Notes under the pieces: generated by a model
The model's input: the letters and a program-made list of their open reading frames with translations, nothing else
Told to the model about the DNA's origin: nothing
The model's database searches: none
Shown here: in pieces, positions 22,827 to 34,179 of the stretch
Layout of the letters: every line of letters starts with the position of its first letter
Numbering within the stretch: the stretch's first letter is position 1
Translations under genes and position numbers: made by a program
Assembly (NCBI GenBank): GCA_027923505.1
Contig: BROI01000004.1
Coordinates: 434,001 to 498,000, forward strand
DNA length: 64,000 nucleotides
Origin: Mayamaea pseudoterrestris
Lineage: Eukaryota
Direction of reading: 5' to 3'

Positions 22827-25800
22827 TCATGGGATGGGAATGATTTTGGTGACAACTTGTCACCAGTCTCAGCCCGCAGATGCTGGGACATTCAAACGCC
22901 CCTACAGCAAGCCCTGTAGGTGCCCAAAATACACCAGAATGGTGCCAACATCATTTATTAAGCTGCGCTACAAGATGGAAGGCTCAGCCGGTGTCTCGGG
23001 GGATGGCAATGTATTTGGTGACAACTTGTCACCAATCTCAGCCTGCAGATGCCGTGACATTCAAACGCCCCTACAGCAAGCCCTGTAGGTGCCCAAAGTA
23101 CACCAGAATGGTGCCAACATCATTATTCAGGCTGCGCTACAAGATGGTAGGCTTGGCTGGTGTCTCAGGGGATGGCAATGTATTTGGTGACAACTTGTCA
23201 CCAGTCTCAGCCCGCAGATGCCGTGACATTCAAACGCCCCCTACAGCAAGCCCTGTAGGTGCCCAAAATACACCAGAATGGTGCCAACATCATTTATTAA
23301 GCTGCGCTACAAGATGGAAGGCTCAGCCGGTGTCTCGGGGGATGGCAATGTATTTGGTGACAACTTGTCACCAATCTCAGCCCGCAGATGCCATGACATT
23401 CAAACACCCCTACAGCAAGCCCTGTAGGTGCCCAAAATACACCAGAATTGTGCCAACATCATAATTCAGGCTGCGCTACAAGATCGTAGGCTCGGCTGGT
23501 GTCTCAGGGGATGGCAATGTATTTGGTGACAACTTGTCACCAGTCTCAGCCCGCAGATGCCGGGACATTCAAACGCCCCTACAGCAAGCCCTGTAGGTGC
23601 CCAAAATACACCAGAATGGTGCCAACATCATTTAATAAGCTGCGCTACAAGATGGAAGGCTCAGCCGGTGTCTCGGGGGATGGCAATGTATTTGGTGACA
23701 ACTTGTCACCAATCTCAGCCTGCAGATGCCGTGACATTCAAACACCCCAACAGCAAGCCCTGTAGGTGCCCAAAGTACACCAGAATGGTGCCAACATCAT
23801 TATTCAGGCTGCGCTACAAGATGGTAGGCTTGGCTGGTGTCTCAGGGGATGGCAATGTATTTGGTGACAACTTGTCACCAGTCTCAGCCCGCAGATGCCG
23901 TGACATTCAAACGCCCCTACAGCAAGCCCTGTAGGTGCCCAAAATACACCAGAATGGTGCCAACATCATTATTCAGGCTGCGCTACAAGATGGTAGGCTT
24001 GGCTGGTGTCTCAGGGGATGGCAATGTATTTGGTGACAACTTGTCACCAGTCTCAGCCCGCAGATGCCGTGACATTCAAACGCCCCTACAGCAAGCCCTG
24101 TAGGTGCCCAAAATACACCAGAATGGTGCCAACATCATAATTCAGGCTGCGCTACAAGATGGTAGGCTTGGCTGGTGTCTCAGGGGATGGCAATGTATTT
24201 GGTGACAACTTGTCACCAGTCTCAGCCTGCAGATGCCATGACATTCAAACGCCCCTACAGCAAGCCCTGTAGGTGCCCAAAATACACCAGAATGGTGCCA
24301 ACATCATTATTCAGGCTGCGCTACAAGATGGTAGGCTTGGCTGGTGTCTCAGGGGATGGCAATGTATTTGGTGACAACTTGTCACCAGTCTCAGCCTGCA
24401 GATGCCGTGACAGTCAAACATGCCTACAGCAAGCCCTGTAGGTGCCCAAAATACACCAAAATGGTGCCAACATAATTATTCAGGCTGCACTACAAGATGG
24501 TATGCTTGGCTGGTGTCTCAGGGGATGGCAATGCATTTGGTGACAACTTGTCACCAGTCTCAGCCCGCAGATGCCGTGACATTTAAACGCCCCTACAGCA
24601 AGCCCTGTAGGTGCCCAAAATACACCAGAATGGTGCCAACATCATTATTCAGGCTGCGCTACAAGATGGTAGGCTTGGCTGGTGTCTCAGGGGATGGCAA
24701 TGTATTTGGTGACAACTTGTCACCAGTCTCAGCTCGCAGATGCCGTGACATTCAAACGCCCCTACAGCAAGCCCTGTAGGTGCCCAAAATACACCAGAAT
24801 GGTGCCAGCATCATTATTCAGGCTGCGCTACAAGATGGCAGGCTTGGCTGGTGTCTCAGGGGATGGCAATGTATTTGGTGACAACTTGTCACCAGTCTCA
24901 GCCCGCAGATGCCGTGACATTCAAACGCCCCTACAGCAAGCCCTGTAGGTGCCCAAAATACACCAGAATGGTGCCAACATCATTATTCAGGCTGCGCTAA
25001 AAGATGGTAGGCTTGGCTGGTGTCTCAGGGGATGGCAATGTATTTGGTGACAACTTGTCACCAGTCTCAGCCTGCAGATGCCGTGACATTCAAACGCCCC
25101 TACAGCAAGCCCTGTAGGTGCCCAAAATACACCAGAATGGTGCCAACATCATTATTCAGGCTGCGCTACAAGATGGTAGGCTTGGCTGGTGTCTCAGGGG
25201 ATGGCAATGTATTTGGTGACAACTTGTCACCAGTCTCAGCCCGCAGATGCCGGGACATTCAAACGCCCCTACAGCAAGCCCTGTAGGTGCCCAAAATACA
25301 CCAGAATGGTGCCAACATCATTATTCAGGCTGCGCTACAAGATGGTAGGCTTGGATGGTGTCTCAGGGGATGGCAATGTATTTGGTGACAACTTGTCACC
25401 AGTCTCAGCCCGCAGATGCCGTGACATTCAAACGCCCCTACAGCAAGCCCTGTAGGTGCTAAACCAGAATGGTACCAACATCATTAATCAGGCTGCGCTA
25501 AAAGATGGCAGGCTTGGCTGGTGTCTCAGGGGATGGCAATGTATTTGGTGACAACTTGTCACCAGTCTCAGCTGGCAGATGCCGTGACATTCAAACGCCC
25601 CTACAGCAAGCCCTGTAGGTGCCTAAAATACACCAGAATGGTGCCAACATCATTATTCAGGCTGCGCTACAAGATGGTAGGCTTGGCTGGTGTCTCAGGG
25701 GATGGCAATGTATTTGGTGACAACTTGTCACCAGTCTCAGCCCGCAGATGCCGGGACATTCAAACGCCCCTACAGCAAGCCCTGTAGGTGCCCAAAATAC

Positions 25801-26952
25801 ACCAATATGGTGCCAACATCATTATTCAGGCTGCGCTACAAGATGGCAGGCTTGGCTGGTGTCTCAGGGGATGGCAATGTATTTGGTGACAACTTGTCAC
25901 CAGTCTCAGCCCGCAGATGCCGTGACATTCAAATGCCCCTACAGCAAGCCCTGTAGGTGCCCAAAATACACCAGAATGGTGCCAACATCATTATTGGGTC
26001 TGCGCTACAAGATGGCAGGCTTGGCTGGTGTCTCAGGGGATGGCAATGTATTTGGTGACAAGTTGTCACCAGTCTCAGCCCGCAGATGCCGTGACATTCA
26101 AACGCCCCTACAGCAAGCCCTGTAGGTGCCCAAAATACACCAGAATGGTGCCAACATAATTATTCAAGTTGCGCTACAAGATGGTAGGCTTGGCTGGTGT
26201 CTCAGGGGATGGCAATGTATTTGGTGACAACTTGTCACCAGTCTCAGCCCGCAGATGCCGTGACATTCAAACGCCCCTACAGCAAGCCCTGTAGGTGCCC
26301 AAAATACACCAGAATGGTGCCAACATCATTATTCAGGCTGCTCTACAAGATGGTAGGCTTGGCTGGTGTCTCAGGGGATGGCAATGTATTTGGTGACAAC
26401 TTGTCACCAGTCTCAGCCCGCAGATGCCGTGACATTCAAACGCCCCTACAGCAAGCCATGTAGGTGCCCAAAATACACCAGAATGGTGCCAACATCATTA
26501 TTCAGGCTGCGCTACAAGATGGTAGGCTTGGCTGGTTTCTCAGGGGATGGCAATGTATTTGGTGACAACTTGTCACCAGTCTCAGCCCGCAGATGCCAGG
26601 ACATTCAAACGTCCCTACAGCAAGCCCTGTAGGTGCCCAAAGTACACCAGAATGGTGCCAACATCATTATTCAAGCTGCGCTACAAGATGGAAGGCTCAG
26701 CCGGTGTCTTGGGGGATGGCAAGGTATTTGGTGACAACTTGTCACCAGTCTCAGCCGGCAGATGCCATGACATTCAAACGCCCCTACAGCAAGCCCTGTA
26801 GGTGCCCAAAATACACCAGAATTGTGCCAACATCATTATTCAGGCTGCGCTACAAGATGGTATGCTTAGCTGGTGTATCAGGGGATGGCAATGTATTTGG
26901 TGACAAGTTGTCACCAGTCTCAGCCCGCACATGCCGTGACATTCAAACGCCC
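22827..26952 (+). repeat. 169-bp tandem satellite, right block (~24 monomers)
   Basis: Same unit, resuming in register after the TSD. Confidence 0.98.
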
Positions 26953-27140
26953 ACCCACCTCCAAGGAGTGTTAGCAAAACAACAACACTTTCAATGAATG
27001 ACACCCCTTCCATACCCAACTCACAGCTCCAGCTGGAGCCATCTGACCCTGCATGGTGTGCTAAACTTACTGGTGTCATAAGTCAAATGCATCTATCATT
27101 GTGCCAGCAACAATGGCATACTCTCATACAATGAAGATAC

Positions 27141-28949
27141 CTATTTTAGCTTTAAAGCATAGTTCCAACAGTCATATTCCTTGCCAGTGGACATAAGAAA
27201 GGATCCATCTTTGAGCGCAGCTTTCGTCCACCAAGGACTCTTGTCCCCTCCAATTTGAGGTGGGAGGTGGAGTCCGGCAGCAGCAGTACCAACAACAAAA
27301 TCGGCTGGCAGGTCTTGATATAAACCACAGGTCTCAAAACTTGTTCCATCTGACATGACTCCATGGGAGAAAACATCTAACACTCGGGATGTTCGTTGCG
27401 ATTGCTCAATCAAGACCTCCGTCACTGCGGTGTTGCCTCTGCCACTTCTCGCCGTTCCTCGGCCAAAGTTATGTCGTGATGAATTAGCGCAATCACCTGA
27501 TTCATTGAGCCACTTTGTATCGCCCGAGTAGCTAGTGTCGGCGCATACAATGAATGCAGGAGTAGCATCTCCGGGAATGTCCACGCGTATTGTGTTTGGC
27601 ATATCCCCTTGCGGTTGATGCCCAGAACAAATTAGTTTAATATCAGCTCGCTGGAAAAAGTCACGAACATGATTTACGTAGCGATGGTTGTTGCTATTCG
27701 TATCGTCAAAGAACCGACGGGGCATGCCATCCGAGGTCCAGCCTTGGTAAACTATCGTTGGGTTGTTCCCCCTTGGCCCTCCAGGAAGACCTCCCATGCC
27801 GTATTGAACAAGGTTTGAATATGATGAATACGGGCGATATCCACCGTTGATGGCCCACAGTGGGTCATCAGATCGGGCTTCAATATTCTTCCATGCATCG
27901 ACGCTATCGTGCAAGAATTTATTCAAGCCAGCAAACCACTCATAAATAGTATCGCAGCGTGCTTGTAAACCAGTTGGTAGCCAAGGCATGGCAAAAGTCA
28001 TGTCGCTCCATATACTCTCACTGGCATCACCGTAAGCTTCAATGACTCCTGGTGTCAAGGGAAGAGCTCCGTGAATAAAGAGTGCATCGCCCAGCTTGAC
28101 TGCCAACTCTGCCTGTGACAGGTATCGGCTCATTTCGCCCGTAACGGGATCCGTGCTCCTCTTGTACGACTCAACAACGTCCAAGTCAGAAACAGCATCG
28201 CTCTGACCCATTGCGTATCGCTCTTCTTCCAGTTCACATCTTCTATATTCAAAAGCTCTCGGACTACCCATGGTGTCGCGTAGCATCCACTGCAGCCGCT
28301 TCACTGGATCAGTGGACAGCCACAAACCACTGTTCGGATCACCCTCTCGTCCCGTTCCCGCCAGCCAGTACACTCCTTGATGTGGAGGCGCCGCAATATC
28401 ATTGAGACTTCCCAACTCTTGGTGCATGCGCATCTTGTTCACGTCGCGGTTGCCAACGACCAAATGCACGCGATCAACGTAGCGCTCCTTGAGGCTCAGC
28501 AGTTGCCGCATGACGTATAGATCGGACCCACCTTGATCCCAGGCGTCACCTCCAAAGACGAGCATGTCTCTGTCGTTGATAAAGTCAATGCAGTGATCAT
28601 ATGGAAATAATGCAGTTGAAGTTTGATCGACATCACATTCTGAAATTGGTCGAAAGGTGAGCACGCGAGACTGCTTCACGAAGCGAGTTAGGTAGTCGCG
28701 ATCGCCTTCCACGTCAGTCAGATATGATACAAATCGAGATGAATGTGGCTCCTTTTGTATTGTGAGATTCTCGTCATTGTATGTAGAGTGTAAGCGTTCA
28801 TGGCGACGAGTCGTTGTCGTCGATCGAACTGCTAGTGATGGCCGCTTCATGAGTCGTCGGCTCGCCACGAAAGAAAGCTGCCCGCATCGACTTAATGAAG
28901 CGGCGACTGGCGCAGCCATTACACAAACGATTAAGAAGAGCACACGCAT
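27141..28949 (-). CDS. Calcineurin-like metallophosphoesterase family protein with N-terminal signal/targeting peptide
   Basis: TDVEG, GGDAWDQG, GNRD, FIHG, GHQP motifs in canonical order; MRVLFLIVCVMAAPVAA signal-like start (upstream ATG at 29018 also possible). Confidence 0.7.
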   Translation of the reverse strand: MRVLFLIVCVMAAPVAASLSRCGQLSFVASRRLMKRPSLAVRSTTTTRRHERLHSTYNDENLTIQKEPHSSRFVSYLTDVEGDRDYLTRFVKQSRVLTFRPISECDVDQTSTALFPYDHCIDFINDRDMLVFGGDAWDQGGSDLYVMRQLLSLKERYVDRVHLVVGNRDVNKMRMHQELGSLNDIAAPPHQGVYWLAGTGREGDPNSGLWLSTDPVKRLQWMLRDTMGSPRAFEYRRCELEEERYAMGQSDAVSDLDVVESYKRSTDPVTGEMSRYLSQAELAVKLGDALFIHGALPLTPGVIEAYGDASESIWSDMTFAMPWLPTGLQARCDTIYEWFAGLNKFLHDSVDAWKNIEARSDDPLWAINGGYRPYSSYSNLVQYGMGGLPGGPRGNNPTIVYQGWTSDGMPRRFFDDTNSNNHRYVNHVRDFFQRADIKLICSGHQPQGDMPNTIRVDIPGDATPAFIVCADTSYSGDTKWLNESGDCANSSRHNFGRGTARSGRGNTAVTEVLIEQSQRTSRVLDVFSHGVMSDGTSFETCGLYQDLPADFVVGTAAAGLHLPPQIGGDKSPWWTKAALKDGSFLMSTGKEYDCWNYALKLK

Positions 28950-29207
28950 GTATTGCCAAGATCGGCCGCAGAAGGAAGTAGTGATCGTTCCATCGATCGC
29001 CCATCGCGCGTCGGCCATGATGGTAGACGTCTCAGCGGTTCACAAACTAATGTCTTTTCAGTGCCGCCGGTCAAGAATTTCCGACGCTCTCGTCGTCACT
29101 CGATGGCAGCATCACAAACCTCATTCTCACACAAAGTTTGACGGAATCTCGAGGATACTATCCAGATTCAGTAGCACATAGTAGTAGCAAAGCAACGCAA
29201 CAGCAAT

Positions 29208-31406
29208 ATGAACCAAACGCGCTTTACCGCTCTCGGACCGCCGAATCCAATCGACTACCTTCGCGCCGTCCAAAAAGCGCGAGGCGATGACACCATGGAT
29301 CTTCGTCGGTACGACTCGGACGATGAAGGCGGCGACCAAGCGAATGGCAATCTTTCCACCACAGACTTGTTTGAACGCGAAAAGAGAAAAGCGTTGGAGG
29401 AGGAAAGCTGCAAGCAGCAGCTGGAGGAGCCTCCCGCCCGCGAACGACCACAGGAAGGTGCCGCGTGGCCCTACCGCGAGAACCTTTCCTTCACGCGATC
29501 CTTGACCTTTTACGGAGCGGGCGCCGTGACGCAGGAGAGTGAGAGCGCCTGCTTGTACATTCAGCATGCGAGAAACATGCGGCAAAAGTACTTTGGAGGC
29601 AAGGCTGTTCATGTTAGTGAACCTCAACTGCTCGAGGATGAGTCTGGTCGACTCTTGTTTCGCATGGGTCCAGATGGCGTTGCCGAGATTTATAATCAGG
29701 ACGCTCCCGACAATAATTTGATTCACGTTCCATCCATTGACAAGTTCCGCAAGGATTATGATCGTCTCGTCGAAATGTGCTCGGAGGGAGCCATGCGCAG
29801 CTACTGCTTTCAGCGGCTTCAAATGCTTAGCACCAACTACAAGATGCACACGACCATGAACTCGGCCGTGGAGCGGCAGGAACAAAGTAGCTTGCTTGGA
29901 ACTGACTTTTATCGAACCATGAAGATTGATAATCACATTCATGGAGCTGCTTCCATGACGGCCAAGCAGTTTGTCGAGTTTGTTCGAGGCAAGCTCGAGA
30001 CGGAGGGAGATACGATTGTCTTTCAGGACGATCGCACCTTGAGCCACGTCTTTCGCGATGCTGGACTGGACCTGGATCACATGACCATTGATGCCTTCAA
30101 CGTACTGGCTGATTACTCGGTGTATCAACGGTTCGATAATTTCAACCAGCAGTTTTCGCCCTTTGCCTTGGCGGACATGAGACGCATCTTTTTGAAATCG
30201 ACAAACCATCAGAACGGTCGTTACTTTGCCGAGCTACTCAAGATTGTGTTGAATCGCCACGAACTCTCCAAGGGACACAACTCGGCCTGTGAGATGCGCT
30301 TGTCAATCTACGGCATGGAACGTGAGGAATGGTACGACTTGGCCAAGTGGATGCTCACCGACTGGGAGCATGACGATTTTCCGGGCCCAATGATATCGTC
30401 GCACAATCGGTGGTTGGTGCAGATTCCAAGGTTGTGGCGCATCTACTGTCAAAAGCCAACGATGAATGGAAAGCCGAGGTCATTCATGGAGATGCTGGAA
30501 AATATTTTTGAGCCGCTGTTCGATGCAACGCTGCATCCAGATGAATATCCAGAGATTGCCGAGGCGATGAAGCACATTGTTGGGTTTGATTCAGTGGACG
30601 ACGAAGGCTGCCTGGAGGAAGTATGCGGGAACGAGCGCCCGCAGGAGTGGACATCGGATAAAAATCCGTCGTATGCTTGGCAACTTTACTACATTTGGGC
30701 AAACATGGAAGTTTTGAACCGACTTCGCTCGGCGCGTGGTCTTAATACGTTTGCTTTTCGTCCACACGCAGGTGAGACTGGAGACCCGATGCATCTTGCT
30801 GCGACATACATTCTTTGCCAGTCAATAAATCACGGAATCTTGCTTGACATGCAAGTGAGCCTGCAGTACCTTTACTACCTAGACCAAGTTGGTCTGTCGA
30901 TAAGTCCCTTGTCGAACAACTTTTTGTTTCGTAAGATTGCGGACAATCCATTCAACAAATTCTTTCGACGCGGTTTGAATGTGACACTATCGACGGACGA
31001 CCCGCTGCTATTCCACATGTCGGACGATGCTCTCTTAGAAGAATATTCAGTTGCCAGGGCCACTTTCGACTTGAGTATGACGGATATGATGGAGATGGCT
31101 CGGAACTCGGTTTTGCAGTCCGGCTTTGAGAACGACTTTAAACGCAAATGGTTGGGCAAAGACTATCAGCGCGGGTTGACGTTTTGCGATGAAAACATTA
31201 CACATGTACCCTTAATTCGTGCTAAATTTCGTGCGGAGCACTTGGCTATCGAGCACATGCTCGTTCAATTGGTTGCCGCTGGCAAAGGTAGCAGGGTGCT
31301 GGATGAAATGAAGGTTCAGTTTGGTCTGGCTCGAGACGCGCATCGCAAGGTGCTGTTTGAAAACTTTGAATCTGTCCCAGAATTCCCGGAAAGGGGTCAG
31401 TTGTAA
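29208..31406 (+). CDS. AMPD: AMP deaminase
   Basis: KIDNHIH, GFDSVDDE, FRPHAGE, SPLSNN, LSTDDPL motifs. Confidence 0.95.
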   Translation: MNQTRFTALGPPNPIDYLRAVQKARGDDTMDLRRYDSDDEGGDQANGNLSTTDLFEREKRKALEEESCKQQLEEPPARERPQEGAAWPYRENLSFTRSLTFYGAGAVTQESESACLYIQHARNMRQKYFGGKAVHVSEPQLLEDESGRLLFRMGPDGVAEIYNQDAPDNNLIHVPSIDKFRKDYDRLVEMCSEGAMRSYCFQRLQMLSTNYKMHTTMNSAVERQEQSSLLGTDFYRTMKIDNHIHGAASMTAKQFVEFVRGKLETEGDTIVFQDDRTLSHVFRDAGLDLDHMTIDAFNVLADYSVYQRFDNFNQQFSPFALADMRRIFLKSTNHQNGRYFAELLKIVLNRHELSKGHNSACEMRLSIYGMEREEWYDLAKWMLTDWEHDDFPGPMISSHNRWLVQIPRLWRIYCQKPTMNGKPRSFMEMLENIFEPLFDATLHPDEYPEIAEAMKHIVGFDSVDDEGCLEEVCGNERPQEWTSDKNPSYAWQLYYIWANMEVLNRLRSARGLNTFAFRPHAGETGDPMHLAATYILCQSINHGILLDMQVSLQYLYYLDQVGLSISPLSNNFLFRKIADNPFNKFFRRGLNVTLSTDDPLLFHMSDDALLEEYSVARATFDLSMTDMMEMARNSVLQSGFENDFKRKWLGKDYQRGLTFCDENITHVPLIRAKFRAEHLAIEHMLVQLVAAGKGSRVLDEMKVQFGLARDAHRKVLFENFESVPEFPERGQL

Positions 31407-31503
31407 ACGAACTAACAAATAAATATAGAGAAAGGCAAGCAATTTTCTATAAGTTTGTTAAATCAGTCTGTTAATAAGACGAATGTTGCACTGCTCGTCC
31501 ACT

Positions 31504-34179
31504 CTAAGCTAAGCACGTGTCTTGGCATCGGCGGCCAGTGATCAGCTGAGTAATAATGTCCTTCGTGTAGCGCAGACGCTTCTCCATGTCGGTGGAGGAA
31601 GCGACAAGGTCACTTGTAAAGTTGTAAGTCGTTCGCTCGCGGTTCTTGTCGACATATGTGATGTAGCGTTCGTCGGGCGTAATTAACAACTCCGTTTGGT
31701 CGTAAAATACAACCTGAACCGTTTGATTGCTCAAGCGGAATAGGATTGCATGCTTTGTACGCAACCACTTCTTAACAAACACAAAGTTGGTCGGTAAATG
31801 AGGGGTACTTGAAGTCGGAATCACATCATCCTCTGTGCCCTTGTGATGCTCCATGAGATAGCTCTGAAAGTGCTTCAATAGAGTAACTTTCTTTTTGAGC
31901 GATTCAGGATACTTCGAAAGCGTATAGGTTTCGATAAGAGCTTCGGCCCGTCCACTGTCCTCCGTCTTTCTGCGCTCAATATACTGGAATGTTTCACTAT
32001 GAGCATCAAGCACTGTTTTGGTCGAGTCGTTGAAATATACTCCAGAACATTGGTCATTCAGTAGGAAGCCAAGACCATATTTGGCCGTATAATCGACATA
32101 ACGTGTGACCCATTTGCGTGGACCGTAACACAACGAGACTGGTCTCACGTGCGTGCCTCGAAAGAAGCCCGGTCGCGATATAGGTCCGTCCAAGACGGCG
32201 TCGAGGCGGTCCGCAATGCGAAGAAGAACCTCTGTGTCGCCACCAGAAGTTGACATTGTGGAGGTAGCTGACATCGCAACCGATGCTGTCGACTGGCTCC
32301 GAGTCATACTAACGGCTCGCGGCAGTGATGACTCGGCAAGCGACATTGCCTTCGTCTGACGAATCAACGAATCCTCATATGACGAGACTCGTGATGGGGC
32401 ACCTGGCGGCTTTTCTCGTCCCGTTCCAGCGGATTCGTCATAGATTCGAAAGTCTGTTTTGCATTGCTGAGTTTGTCGAGAAGCAACACCCGAATTGGCC
32501 ATGGCAGTTCGGACGATTCGCTGCATGTTGATACCTGGCTCCCCAAGTTTTGTGTCGGCGATTGACGCAACTGTTGACTTGGTGTTGGGGTCATGATATC
32601 CTAGCGGCTGTCGTCGCCCAGAAACGCTTCCAAGGATCTTGCTATTTGAAGTATCGTTCTTGCGAACGAAAAAGATAATGCCCGATTCATCAATTCCCCA
32701 AGTAGGTGGCAAATGCAGTACACTGGACGGCAACGATCGCGGAATAGAGCTCCACGACAAGAAAGGATGCGCTTCGATCATGTCAATTGACGGACTAAAT
32801 GAAGAACGAGTTATTACAAAGTTGACATGAGACATGCAGCAGGAGGTGAAATGAATGCATTTGCAGACAACCAGATTGACGTACCGATCTGCCGGATTGC
32901 TTTGGAGCAGCATCTCAATCAAATCCTTGGCTTCATTTGAAAGGTTAACGTGGCTCGGAAAGCTGTACATATTGCTCAGAATACGCTGGTATGTCGACTT
33001 GACATCCTTGGATTCGTACGGCGGTTTTCCGACCAAGATAGTGTACAAAATGACTCCAATGGACCAAATGTCAACTTCAAAAGAGTGACCACGCTTGCTC
33101 TTATCACCTTGTATAACTTCCGGTGCAATGTAGTTGGGTGTACCGCAGATTGTCTTGCGCTTCTCGTCGCGATCTTCCAAACGACATGCAAGACCAAGGT
33201 CGCCAACCTTAATGTGAACATTCTTGTCGAGAAAAAGGTTGCCCAACTTGAGATCACGATGTATAACATTCATGTTGTGCATGTAGCGCACCGCTTTCAA
33301 GATCTGCGCCGTGAAAAAGGCAGCTTCTGGTTCGGTCAATCGCTTGCGACGCTTGATCATCTCGTTCATGCTTTGATTGTGACACAGCTCGAGCAAGATG
33401 TAGCAATTGTCGCGATCCTCAAAGTAATGCTTGTATTCACAAATCTGATCATGCTTGAGCATGCGATGAATCTTGATTTCAGTTTGCAGCTGTGAAAGGC
33501 AAAAGGAAAGCGGAGGTGTGAGTCAGTGACATTTCGACATTACATGCTCGACGTGACGGTGACTCAAGTGCACTCGGTTGAGTCGTACCTTCTGGCGAGC
33601 TCTCGTCTTGACAAGGTTTGCCTTTGGAACCAGCTTGACGGCGTAATTCTTGTTCGTGTCGAGGGCGGTGCAAAGGTACACCTTGGCAAAGCCACCCTTG
33701 CCAAGCATGCGTCCACGACGGTACATGTGCGTCGTAAACCCATCTCCATTGGGGCGCTTGCGTCTTTCTTCAATCATGACTTCCTCGCCATCAATTGGAA
33801 CTGGCGAATCGCAATGAATCTGGTCGGGACTGGCCGTGCTGCTGGTCGTAGTATTTTCCTTGTGAATGCTGCTGCGCGTATTCATCAATGAACTCGTACG
33901 GACGAGTCGTTCCGTCTGTTGGTCCGACATGGATGCAGTATAGTCGCGATCCGCGCCGCGACGAGAGCTACCGTTGATTGAGCCAGACTCGGTAATTGCA
34001 GCGAGATTGTTCATGTTGCCCGATGGATCGAGGACTGACAAGACTCGCATTTTGGACGTGGATGACGAGCTGTCTGACATCTTTCGTAAATTCATTTTGC
34101 TCCTTGAAAAGCCGCTTTCTTTAAATCCGGACTCGACCACAGGCTCGTAAAACTGATATCCAGCCGTCGTACTTGCCAT
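31504..34179 (-). CDS. PLK1: Polo-like kinase; introns 33490-33588 and 32795-32884
   Basis: LGKGGFAKV, HRDLKLGN, ICGTPNYIAPE kinase motifs; polo boxes WVTRYVDYTAKYGLGF, GVYFNDST, KKWLRTKHAILFRLSN. Confidence 0.93.

Noticed and set aside
9577..26952. CRISPR array suggested by the palindromic repeats
   Set aside because: Whole monomers repeat with no unique spacers, there are no cas genes, and the context is eukaryotic
9577..26952. 5S rRNA, snRNA or hammerhead-ribozyme tandem array
   Set aside because: No 5S or snRNA motifs recognised and no CUGANGA...GAAA core on either strand; a formal Infernal scan was not run
9847..26997. Dozens of near-identical 88-aa ORFs (MSQGMAMYLVTTCHQ...) as a tandem gene family
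   Set aside because: They are a by-product of a 169-bp (3n+1) repeat; many start at non-ATG codons, and frameshifting indels and stops occur freely among monomers
29127..30209. Long antisense ORFs opposite AMPD (likewise 38395-39369 and 53017-54195)
   Set aside because: Shadow ORFs on the opposite strand of well-supported genes
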